From the NCBI GenBank assembly GCA_018398765.1, contig JAHBMJ010000249.1, positions 1 through 52,640 on the forward strand: a DNA stretch of 52,640 nucleotides. Reading direction: 5' to 3'. This stretch comes from Chromera velia. Lineage: Eukaryota. The notes beneath the pieces are model-generated. The model made no database searches, had not been told where the DNA came from, and worked only from the letters and a program-made list of their open reading frames with translations. This document shows, piece by piece, positions 12,415 to 24,017 of this stretch (its first letter is position 1; each line of letters starts with the position of its first letter). The translations under genes and the position numbers were made by a program.

Positions 12415-15400
12415 TCACTTTTCCTCCTCTTTCTCCTTCTCGACTACCACTGCCCCCTTCTTGTTCTTCGCACTGTTCAGAGCCTCTAGGGCCCTCGCGC
12501 GAGCTCCGTGGTATCCGAACCGGAGGGCAGAGAACGACAAAGGAAAGGAGAAAGAGGAGGCAGAAGAACTCGGTGTGATTGTGGCAGCCTCAGCTTCCAC
12601 CTCAGACATCATCACGTCTCCCGTTCCGTCTCCCACCTTCCCCCCCCCCTCCTTATTCTTTCCTTCGTCCCTCTCCTTCGAGCTGGAGGCAGCACGCTCA
12701 GCCCCGAATCCCTCGGACTCCGCCCCTCGTTCTCGCTCTTCTTCGGCCAACTCGTCTTCCGAGTCGCTGACTGCGTTCTCGGGGAGTCTGCAGGGAGAGG
12801 AGAGGAGAGGAGAGGGGTGTGGATGAGTGAGAGAGTCTTTCAGTCAGAGCGCATGGGAGAGTGGGAACAGAAAGGGAGGAAGAAGGAAAAAATTGAGCCT
12901 AAACAGAATCAGCGAGAATAAAGAGAAGCAGGCCGATCGCCAGCCCGTGACAGGCAACAAAAAACGGAACGCCTTTGTGGCTCTCCCTGTTTCCTGTGAG
13001 AGCATCAAGGTATGCGTGTGCCGCCAAGTCGGTCTCTCAAAGTCCAAGCCCATGACTTGCATATTTCTGCCATTGCACACTTCTCAGCCCTCACTCCCCT
13101 CCGAAAATGATTGAGCCAACACCAAAGGGAAGAGAAGAGAAGAGAAACCAAGCACAGCAGGACAGGAAGGAACGGACAGACCTGCAACACCACGCGTAGG
13201 TTCTCTTGTCGAACCAGAGGCAATTCGCAGGCATTCCTGCTGCTGTCTCTGCAGTCGGGGTGGCTGCTCCGTACGGAGGCACGACCTCAGAGTTCGTCTG
13301 GACCTCTGCCAGGAGGGCTGCAGGGAGGGGGAACAAGGAGTACCCCGAGCCTACGCTGTCGTGCAGCAGGCCCCCATCGGTTGAGAATGAGTTCGAGTTT
13401 GTGTTTAGCGCAGTTGCAGAACACGAACCAGAGGACCGTGATCCTGCTACTACCCTCTGATCTTTCTCTTTCTCCATCTCCCCTGCACCACTCCTTCGTT
13501 CTCTCACATCCTTAGCTCGGCCCCTGCCGCCACGACCCCTGGGTTCCTCTGCTAACGCCCCTGTCACGCCCCCGAATGCATCCACAGAGAAAGAGGCCAT
13601 CACCCCTGTACTCTCATCCACGCCCACACTGGAGGCGAAGACTGCCGCAGCGGGCGGGGACGCTTCCACTGCCATGGCTGCTGCTGCTGCTGTTCCTGCT
13701 ACAGAAGGTGAGGGGGCTTTGCGGGATCTCTTTGAGTTTCTTCCCGTCCCTGCGCGTGTCGTGCTGCCCCCCCCCTTCGTGGTAGACGAAGGACTACCAG
13801 CAACGGTGCCGCGCGAATTTGGGTTTCTTCTTGTTTCTTTTTCCCCCTTCGTCTTTGGGGAAGCAGCTGCCTGGGCCCTCCTCTGCTTTCGACTTGCCAG
13901 ACACATCTCGTCGTCCTCATCCAAGTCGGCAGGGTGCTGGGAGTAGGAGTTTGAATTCGAATGGGTGGCAGCAACAGCGGCTGCTGGGGCAAGGAGGGCG
14001 AGGGGTGTCTCTTCGTCATCCGATTTGACTCCTTTCACCTTCAGAGGGAAGAAGGGGGAGGGATCCGCCCCCGATCCTTTTTTTCCCTGCTGCTGTCTCC
14101 GGCCCCCCCCTCCCTTCCTTCCCCTCGCAGGCTGGGCATGCTCTGCTTCGAAGCTGTCTGCGAATGGACGCAACTCTGCTCCTTCCAAACCGCCCCCACT
14201 TCTGTGGCGCTCTGGGAGGGGAAGAGAAAGAGGGATCAGAGTAAGGGGAGCCGCGCCTCCCTGGGTGGCGTTGGCGTTGCGTCGGGTGGGTGCGGAGGTT
14301 GTCGAGGGGGACAGAGCAGCCGGGCCCAGGGGTGTGTCTGAGGAGCCGGCCGGGGACCCCCTCCGTGCAGTCCCCCCTACAGCTGCACGACCAGCAGACG
14401 CCCCCCCCAAGCCCTCGCCATCCCCCCAATCATCATCTTCGGCCAGGTCATCCTCAATACCTAAGTAGTCGTCACTCCTGCTTGCACAAAGAAGAAGAAG
14501 GAATAATAGTATGTATGTGTACTGATGGACGGGCAATGCAATACTCAATGTGATCCATCCCCAAGCAATCATGCTTTTTCGGAATGCGCAGAAAAAGACT
14601 GACGAAGTGCGCGTAGAGAGGGCGGCAATAATGTTTCTTTCTTATCCTCCACCATAAGATCAATTTTTAACCGGCACTCTAACAATCAATCTCCTTGCCC
14701 ATTTGTCCGTTTCTTCTTCTGTCTGGGCCCAGGCCTTTCTCCCCATCATTTGGTTGTGACCGTCCAGTCTGTCGGTCTCTCTCTTTCTCTCCCTCTCTCT
14801 CACACACACAAACGTACACACTGGAACTTCTGTCTGTCTTTTTGTGTTCTGTCTGTCTGTTTGTTCGAAGGAATAAGAAAGAGGAAAGTCATATACCCAG
14901 TCTGTCTGCATGTCTTCCTGTCTGTCTATGTGTAAAGTGCTTCTCTCTCTTCTCTCTGTCTCTTTAATTGTCCTGATGCTGCACTCTACCTTCTACCTGA
15001 GTCTTTCCCCTCGTTCTGCGCACCTGAGCTCTCTCACTCGCTGACTCACCCTTTTCTGCCTCCTCCTCTACGCGGGTGCATCTCCTCCCCCTCCTCGCTG
15101 GACGTGCACATCCAGTCACTCAAATCGGGGTCGTAGTCCGGGGACCGTCTCCTCTTCCCCCCACCCCTACCTGCCCCCGCCTTGCCCTTCAGACGGGCGG
15201 ACGTGCGGCACCCGGCCCTCATTTCCTGCAGCGAGGCCCTCTCCTGCTCATGCTCCCACTCTTCATCAAAAAAGTCAACGTCACTCCCTGGACCCTCAAA
15301 AGAACGACGACGCCCCCCACCCGAACGACCCCCCCTCCCCCCACCCCGAGCCCTTCCCCCAGCATTCAAGGGAGTGTCCATATGGGGCGATCCTGTGCCG

Positions 15401-16092
15401 ATTTCTGTTCGGAACTGTTTGGCAAGTTCCAACGCCTCGTGGAACCCGTGGGTGGCAGCGAAGAAGTACTTCTGCGTACGCTTACCCCCCCTCCGTGCCA
15501 CAGCCACCCATGCCTTCCTGAACGTGCACCAATTCACCCCCTTCATGCCACTCTGATGCTCGGCTCTCGAAAAATTCTGCCTCATAATTCCCTTATTTCT
15601 TGCTTTCTCCATACGCCAATCGATGGCAAGGCGCTTCGCCTGCTCGTACCCCCACTTGCTGACTGAAAAGTTCTTCATGGCACGTCGTCCGTCAATACAG
15701 CACTCAACTCTCCACACATGTAGACGGTCTAGATAGTACACACCCCTCACGTTGCTGTTGTGGATGTCTTCCTCGTTCTCATCATCCTCCTCGTCATCGT
15801 AATACTTGAAGTGACCCGACGGGACGTGGGTCTCTTCCGTTTCTGTCGCTTGCAGACGCGACATTCCCCTTCTGCCTAGCTGCATCTCTTCTTCGTAGTC
15901 CTCCATCAACTCGTCCTCTATGATCTCCTCGTCATCCAACAGCATCTCGTCAGTCTCCGGGTGGAGCAACTGACTCAGATTCAGGTCGCGCTGCACGTCG
16001 GAATCGGGAGAAGCCGACGCTGCCAGGCCGGCAGGATGGATATCGGCTGCCCCCACGGCTCCTGGTGGCAGTTGCACCTTCTCACCACGCAT
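12415..16092 (-). CDS. ApiAP2 transcription factor A (tandem AP2 domains plus a C-terminal interrupted AP2-like domain)
   Basis: ATG at 16092 follows a probable 5'UTR intron (16349-16176). Exons 16092-15050, 14477-13182 and 12787-12415 are phase-consistent. AP2 motifs VRGVYYLDRLHVWRV...FSVSKWGYEQAKRLAIDWR and SGMKGVNWCTFRKAWVA...FFAATHGFHEALELAKQFR. The 3' end is slightly uncertain. Confidence 0.88.
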
Positions 16093-16947
16093 CTTGAAGG
16101 AAGAAGCTTGGAAGAAGAAGAAAGAGGTAAGGTAAGACAGGATTCTTGGCTGGGACAAAGAAGGAATTCCAACACCTGCAGAAACGAGAAAAACAGGGAG
16201 TGATCAGACCAGCTGCATTGCTCAATGAAAGAAATTTGTGAGCTTGGGAACCCAGAAACACCTCAGCTGAGAGATAAACCGGGATCAAAATATGTTTTCA
16301 CTCGGGAAAGTTGAATAAGCAATTGTCTCATCGCCCATGCTTGCTCACCTGGTCAGATCGGCCTTTAGCAGCGGCAAGTCTGAAACTTCATGGCTCCCAT
16401 GCAGGTATACAACAAGAGGGCAATACGACGGTAAAACGGCCACGCTTATGGAGCCAACCCTAACCGGGGAAGGCACAAACTTCTGACAGGAAAGCTGAAG
16501 GGCAAGAGCAGATCACTTGCGAGTTGCTGTTGCTTCAAAATGATTGAAAAAAGACTTCGTTCAGGCGCAAACTTGCGTGATCGGAATCGGAAGCCACCTA
16601 AGAATTGCGTCTAAGCGATTCTGCAGCTGTGCAAAAAGCGGTCTTCGCGGAACAACGGGACCGGTGTTCACTATGCAGGTCAGTCGTGATCAACGCAGTC
16701 TTTGTTCATCAACTCACACAAAAAAATGTGCCTTGCAAGGCACTGAGCGCCCATGCACACGTGCGCAGAATTTAAGAGGGTCCGCGGCATGGGTGAATTC
16801 CTCGGATGGCTCCACGGCGTGCACATTAGGCACTTTTCCGTATTGCATTTATTTATATTTTTAGGGTGACTCAGCGGGCAGTTCACTTTTCACAGTAAAG
16901 GCCCTTTCCGCATCAATATTTGCGTACGTGGCGTGAATATTATCTAG

Positions 16948-16989
16948 CTTAATTAATTAATTACATATATATGCAATTAATTAATTAAG
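16948..16989. promoter_or_regulatory. 42-bp near-perfect AT palindrome in the shared upstream region of the two AP2 genes
   Basis: CTTAATTAATTAATTACATAT|ATATGCAATTAATTAATTAAG has one mismatch between arms. Confidence 0.6.
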
Positions 16990-17485
16990 TTGATTGGTTG
17001 GCAATTAATGCGAGGCACTCATCCAGCGCGGTCAAACGAAGCCCGGAGGAACAACCGATACAGAAAAGGTGTGTCTCGTGCTTTCTGTAGAAAAATCATT
17101 ATTAAAAATTAATTAACCTTTTTTTTTCACGCGCGCATACAGGAGTACGAGCATGTCCGTACGAGCCGTCTGATCACCAGCCAGCTCACTGCATGATAAA
17201 TGAGCGAATCTATACAAACTCCGCCTTGCTTTCCCTGTGTAGGTGTCCACCAAAGGAAGAGCGCACTGCACAGCAGCAACTTGAAGCTTTAAGATAGAGA
17301 ACTGTGGTCCCGTACCTCGATCCGAAGGAATTTGCGGACCAAGCAAGCGTATCGATCCAGTCAGACCCAGACACACGCACAGTCTGCTTGCTTGACCAGA
17401 TCAGAAGTCTAAGCTCCTCTAAGAATTCGATCCTCATAGTGGTTTGCAATTCACTCCCCTCTCCACCAATCCTTCTTTCTGCAAA

Positions 17486-17994
17486 ATGACAATGCGCACA
17501 AGAGGTAAAGCCAGGGCGGCAGAGGCGGCGAGCAAGAAGGTGCTCCGCAAGGATCACCTTATCGCCTCAGTCCAAAACCCAGCAGACCCTGACTCAGACT
17601 TGATGGAGGAGATGCCCGACATGCCAGCCGAGGACATCCACTCGAGCAGCACTCACCCCTCTGGTTCCTCCGATACGTGCCTCGGTGCTTCGGCAGCCTC
17701 TGGCCTGTCCCTTCAGAGTCACACTGACGACGCCCTCATGTACGCACCTCAACATCATGCTGCACCCAACCCAAACACAGTCAGTCTTGGAACAGATGCG
17801 TTATACTCCTTCGAGCTTTATTTAATAGCATCTTTTTCTCTCTTCTTAGCTGTCAGTCGTTCTGTCCCATGTCTGGCAGTCAGTCGTTCTGCCCGCTTGC
17901 CTGCCTGCTGATTTGATATCTGGACCATGCCTCTTGGAGAGGATTCACGTTCATCCAGCCTGTCGAAGAGTCTTGATGATGCACCTGAGGCGCG

Positions 17995-18049
<55 letters not shown>

Positions 18050-18708
18050 CTCTAAGTCGTCTACCCTCATGCCGGCATCCGCTGGCTGGGTCAGTCCGTG
18101 TTTCTGTTCCATCTTCCATCTGAATCCCTCCATCCGGATATCCAATGAGAGTGTGCAATGATGTGCAGGTAAGCCTTTCTGATGACGCCCTCGCGGGAGG
18201 GGAAGACGAGGACGAACCCTTCGAACCCCCCTTCTACAACGAGGAGCTGGCGGGACTAGAGGAGGTTCCCATCAGGGGCGTGTACTACCTTGATAGACTT
18301 CGCGTGTGGCGTGTTGAGTGCTGCATCGATGGAAGGCGAGCCATGAAGAACTTCTCAGTCAGCAAGTGGGGATTCGAGACTGCTCGTCAGAGGGCAATCA
18401 GCTGGCGGATTGAGAAGGCACGCAGCAAGGGGACACTGCGGCAGAGCTTTGCCAAGGCCGAGCATCAGAGCGGTGTTAAGGGGGTGAATTGGTGCACGTT
18501 CAGGAAGGCATGGGTGGCTGTGGCACGGAGGGGGGGCAAGCGTACGCAGAAGTACTTCTTCGCTGCCACCCACGGGTTCCATGAGGCGTTGGAACTTGCC
18601 AAGCAGTTCCGACAAGAGATCGACTACAGCAAGCTCGTGGAAAGCTCGGCAGCCCATGCTCAGGCCGAGAGTGCCAGCCCGTCCTCTGCCTCTTCTTCAT
18701 CATCATAA
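17486..18708 (+). CDS. ApiAP2 transcription factor B (tandem AP2 domains), paralog of A
   Basis: Exon 17486-17779, an intron containing (CA)n, then exon 18169-18708 encoding IRGVYYLDRLRVWRVECCIDGRRAMKNFSVSKWGFETARQRAISWR...SGVKGVNWCTFRKAWVA...HGFHEALELAKQFR. Confidence 0.88.
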
Positions 18709-19094
18709 CTTCCTTCCTTCCTTCTCGTGTGTTCGTGTGTGTGATTGAATTGGAAGGAGGAAGCATGCATTATTCTCGTCCAAGTCCATCTATCAACTTT
18801 GCACTTACTTGATGAACGTTCATCGGCCTGCATGCATGCCGCAATTCTGCGTGCACCCATGCCCATGTTTGCCTGTGTGTTGTACTCTGTCCATTAAAGT
18901 GACTGCCATCCGGTGATTTTTCTTTCCTTGTTCGCGTGCGCTCGTCGGGCTCGCTGTGTCGATAGAGAGGAGGGGGGGGGGGCGTTGACAAAGGAGGGAG
19001 GGACGAAATGGTCTAAGCGAGCTGTCGTGGCCAGACAGATGGGGCGGGCGAGATGTGTGTATGCAAGAAAGAAAGAAAGAAAGAACGAAGAAAA

Positions 19095-19130
<36 letters not shown>

Positions 19131-20922
19131 AACGGAGACTCCATTGACGCCTAAGGGAAAGAACTGGAAAGTGGGTGGAAAGAAAGAAAGAACGAAAGGA
19201 AGACATGCTCTTCCCTTCATTCATTGAGTGACTGAATAGGTGTGTCCGTGAGCGTGTGCGCAAAGAAAGAGGCAGAGACAGTCATCGAAAGAAAACGGTT
19301 GGGGCCTTTTGTCATCCGCCCTTGCTGCTGTGTTTTGGTTGCACGCATGGGTTTCGTGGCATCCCCCCAAACACTACCGTTGTAGTGAGCGCGCGTGAAC
19401 GTTCGAAACTTTTCGCTTTGCATTCTGTGTGTCCTTTCTTCCCCTCTCCCTCTCTCTCTTCTGTGTCGTACGGGATGCCAAAAAAGAAGAATCAGAAAGA
19501 AAAACGGGCAGCACAGAACAGACCCGAACTAACTGAGATGAGGAAAACCTGCTCATCCACTCAATCAGTCCAACAGTCTAACAGGGTCCTTCAAGAAAGC
19601 AGAGGAGACGCAAGAAAAAAAAGCAATGAAAAGAAAGAAGACTGAGTCGGGGAGGCGTTGTGGGAAAGAAGGTTGACTCGAGGTGTGTTGAGAGGAAGGG
19701 GTGAAGGGGGAGAGGAATCGATTTGAAGTCAAGCAAAGAAACTGCAAGAAGCAAAAATAATTCAGGCAGCACAGACCGGAAAAGTGATTTCCAATGTCTG
19801 GTCTTGTTGCGGCTGCCCCCGCGGTCCAGGACAAATGGACGGATGGATCTTTCGCTCTTTGTCTTCGTCTGAGTCCTTCTGCTTGTCCGCATGCGAGAAG
19901 ATTCGCCCACAGATACAGGAAAGGACAAAACAAAAGAACAGAAGGACAGCAAGAAAGAGAGCATGGGGAGGACGAGAAGGGAGACCTAAGCTTACGATAA
20001 GGTACGCTACGGCACACACCCTGTATATGCACACAGAAAAGACTGTCAGAAAGAAAGAAAGACAGAAGGAGGAAATCAAGAATTCAGATATGCCCACTCA
20101 TTCCACAGCCGCTTGCGCCCATTCCTGCTGGGTCCTATTCTCATCTGTTTTCCCTCATTTCCTTCCTTCATTCTCCCCCTCGTCTCCTTTTCAAAAGCAC
20201 CAACACCGGCTCCTTTCGGGAGCACACGAACCGAACAAGAAAAAGGGGAGAGACGCAGGGTAGGAGGGGAACGAGAAGAATGAAGGGATTGAAGGAAGAA
20301 AACAGAAAAGGAACAAAGTGGGGAAAGGAGGCTGTTGGTTTCGAAAACGAAACGACACTCACAAAGAAAGAAAGCAAAACAGGCAGGAGAATATTGTGCG
20401 TATCGTTGTCGTAATGATCACGTGTCAGTTGTTACTTCCCTCTCTTGACCTCTTTCCAACTCTACTTTCCAACTTCCCTCCTTTCTTTTTTCCTTCCTTG
20501 TTTCTCTTTTCTTTGGGTCGTGCATTCTTCTCTCTGTTGATCTTTCCTTCCACTGTCAGTGGTGATCTTTCCGTCCGTCTGTCTGTTGCTCGATCGCTTG
20601 AAAAAAGGAACGAATCAACGACAAATCTCGTCTCTGTGTCTGCAAAAGACAACCAACACGAATCCTTCAAAAAGAAAGTAAGGAAGGGGAAAAAAAGGAC
20701 GGGCATGAGATAGGATGGGGAACCTGCAGAGACAAACAGTCATGCAGCGGAGATGTCCTGTCTGACTGTCCGTAAGAACGGTGAAAGTGTTGAAAGAAGA
20801 CTTTGCCCTTCCATAATGAGGCAGTGCGCCTATCGCAAAGAACTGGCTCTTGTCCAATCAACCTTTTCATTCTATCGGAAGTGCCTTCCATCGATGCAGT
20901 CTCTCCTCTCTTTTTCCCTGCC

Positions 20923-20954
<32 letters not shown>

Positions 20955-23900
20955 GAATGCAATTGAAAAGTTGTTCCGGTTGTCACAAGGGTGGCGGGGG
21001 AAGATCATCGCGTCCCGCAGTACTGAGGAAACTTTCGGGTTTTACCCCTCTGTGTTGCGTGGACAATTGTGTGTGTCTTTCTTTCTTCTGCCTGCCTGCT
21101 TGCCCGGGGCTCTCTTTGCTGTGTGTGCGTGTCTGTCTTGTTGGACAGCGTGCGTGGTCGCATTTGCGTTCTTGTGAATCGTACCTACTTGCATGAGGGG
21201 CGGGTGCGCTCCTTCCGTTTGCCCAGTAATGTATCGTTGGTAGGGAAGGTAGGTGCGTGTGTGCGTGCGCGTCCGAAGACTCCATCTCAAACTGCAGGTG
21301 AGAATGAACGGCGGTGAGGGTCGATGGGGGCAGGCGGCGAAGAGGGAAGGTCGGGTGACAGCTAGCCGTCGTATTTTTGTTGGTAGACAGACTGACAGAC
21401 CGTGTGTGCGATTTTTGCTTGTCTTCCGCTGTGTGTTGAACAGCGTACCCGTCCGTTTCTCCTCCACCCCCTCCCTTCTCCTCTCCTCTCCTCTTTCGTG
21501 TCTGTCCGATACCTAAATTCGTGGTTGTCTGCTTGACTCCGTGAGCCGTGCCTCTCTATCTTGTCTTGGCGTCAGAGAGAGGGAGAACTTATCCACACAT
21601 CGCAAGACAGTGAAAGAATATGAAACCAGGAGGGCAAAGAAAAGAGTGGGGTGGGAGGCGAGCAGAGAATCTGGCAGGGGTGAAGGGGGGGATGGCGGGT
21701 GGTGGGGGGGGAAGTGAATTCTGAATTTGAGAACAGGAACATGCAGAAAAGAAACAGATCGATCCGGATGGAAGACAGACGATCGAAAGAAAGGAGAGAA
21801 GGGATAACAAATGATATCTTTTCTTTCTGCGCCTTGTTCCGTTCGCACCCTCTTCAACTGAAAACCATCGATTGATTGCTTGAGTGCTTGAGTCAACTTC
21901 GAGGCATTCGTTGTTGATTCATTCATTCCACTTCATTTCAGTAAAAGAACGAGTGAACGAACGAACGAAGAGAAGGAGCTGTACAAACTGATTCATTTAA
22001 TGATTCATTCGAAAAAGATCGATCAGAGGGGGAAAAATTAAGAAGCGAAATTCTTTATTCTGTTTGTTTGTGGTTGGTTTTGCATCCAAAAGTAAACAGA
22101 CAACCCATACCTGAATTCCAGTTCACCATAACGTCTAGCCCTTCTCCTCTGTCCTGTCTTGTCTTGTCTTGTCTTTTTCTTCTCTCTGGATTCCAGAAGA
22201 TGCACTTTCGTGACTGTTCTGTCCTTCCTTTCTCGTGGGCATTGAACAGATAGAGCCGGGTCGTTAGTGCTTTCACGTGAATGAACTGTTGACTAAGTGA
22301 GTGCATGAAACCACCTGAGAGAAAAAGTGAGTAACTGGCTGCGTGAGTGAATGAGTGAAATGACTTTTCATCGCTTGGCCTGACTTGGTTGACTGCCTGC
22401 CTGCCTACCTGCATGCCCCCGTGTTTCCGCCCGCCGTCTGTCTAAAAAATGCATGGTTGTTTGCTTCAATGCATGTGCACCGACGACGGTTTTTTGACGG
22501 ATCATGGGGGCTTTAGAAAACCAAAGACGTACAAAAAAAAGAAGAAAGAAGAGAAGGGGGTCAAACAAAAACAGCGAGCTGATTCTTGAAACAGAAGAGG
22601 AAAAAAGGGATCAACGCGGTCGATCGACACCATACAGTCGGTCTGAAAGAGTGGAAGGGCAGTGGTCGACCGTCGTTCGGGCCTCTCAAATCGCATAGGT
22701 AGGATAGGATCTTTACGCGTACGCAGGTTGTTTGACTGAAGCGGCTCTATGTCCATCCCAATTTTCTTCATTTATTCATTCATGCATCCACTGTCTCTCT
22801 GACAGGCTACGCAGAAGCATGAAAGCATTCAGACGTGCAGGCAGGCAAGCAGGCAGTCGGTCCCATGCAGACGCAGATCATGCAGGACATGTTTCGATAA
22901 AGAACGGATGAAGTCATTGCGAGCTAAGTCGAAACGGTGGAGAAGATGGAGGAAGGTCGCGAAGAACGATGCTCCTTCAAATCTGGCCCGCGCTGCCGTG
23001 CATGCATATAAGCTTGAAGCTTCCATTAAATCTTCCATCAATGGATCAATTGACTAATCTAGTGATTAATCATCATCAACTTAAATTCTAGGATTAATAA
23101 AAATTTGAGAGACTGGGGTTTGAATTAGGATAGGGTTTAATCATATGATTATTATGATTGATTCTAGGGTTGTCACCCCCTGGGTTGAATGATTAATTGA
23201 TTGATTCAAATTTGATCGATTGATTACACCTAAAGTTTAAGCAGTGTAATAAGCGGAGCTACACCACATAAAATTTGGCGTTGAATTAATTGAGCGTATA
23301 AGAAATTGGGAATCCGCTTAATAGGGAATCCGACTCCCGAATTTTAACGCATTTTAACGCCAAATTATGCCAAATTTTGAAAATTAGGCATTCCTATAAT
23401 GACTTTCATAAAATACGTGGAGTATTCATTGATTGATTGATTAATTAATTGAGTATAAAGGGTTAGAACTAGGGTTAGAACTTGAAATTTAGCATGTAAG
23501 CTAGACGTCTAACTAGATCGTAGCTTAGACATAGGCCGTGTCAAATCTAATGTCAAATTTAGCCTAATTTAGCCCCATGTTTAGAAGATTTACTTTTTAA
23601 TATTATAATAGTTGGCCAGAGCCCTAGTGCCAGCCCTTACGACTGCTGACCGCTAGGCTAATCAGCTTTAACCATCGAATAACCAACTTAAATCAATGAC
23701 TCAATCAATCGTTTATATAAACCCTTTTTGAATGTAGTTTTTCTACTAAGCCCTTCTAGTCAGAATAAGTCAGTGCTAATAGTAGTCTGATCAACATGCA
23801 CCTCAACCTGGAAGAAAGCTTTCACCAAACACATGCAAGGCTGATCGGCGGACCGACGGCGGTGATCGCTATGGCGCATAAAAAAAGCCGACACGTATAG

Positions 23901-24017
23901 TTCGCACCAGCCACCGCCGGCCGCCGGCTAGCAGTCGGTCGCATGAAACCTTTGACTTTGCTTTTTCATAGTCTTTCTTCCCTTCGCTGGTCGGCATTTC
24001 TGTCATGAAAGAAAGGC

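Noticed and set aside
18800..22800. Numerous 60-160 aa ORFs
   Set aside because: They translate microsatellite and purine/pyrimidine tracts and show no domain or consistent exon chain.
23070..23560. Telomere-like TAGGGTT/GGGTTTA words
   Set aside because: They are scattered and non-tandem within AT-rich decayed DNA, not a telomeric array.
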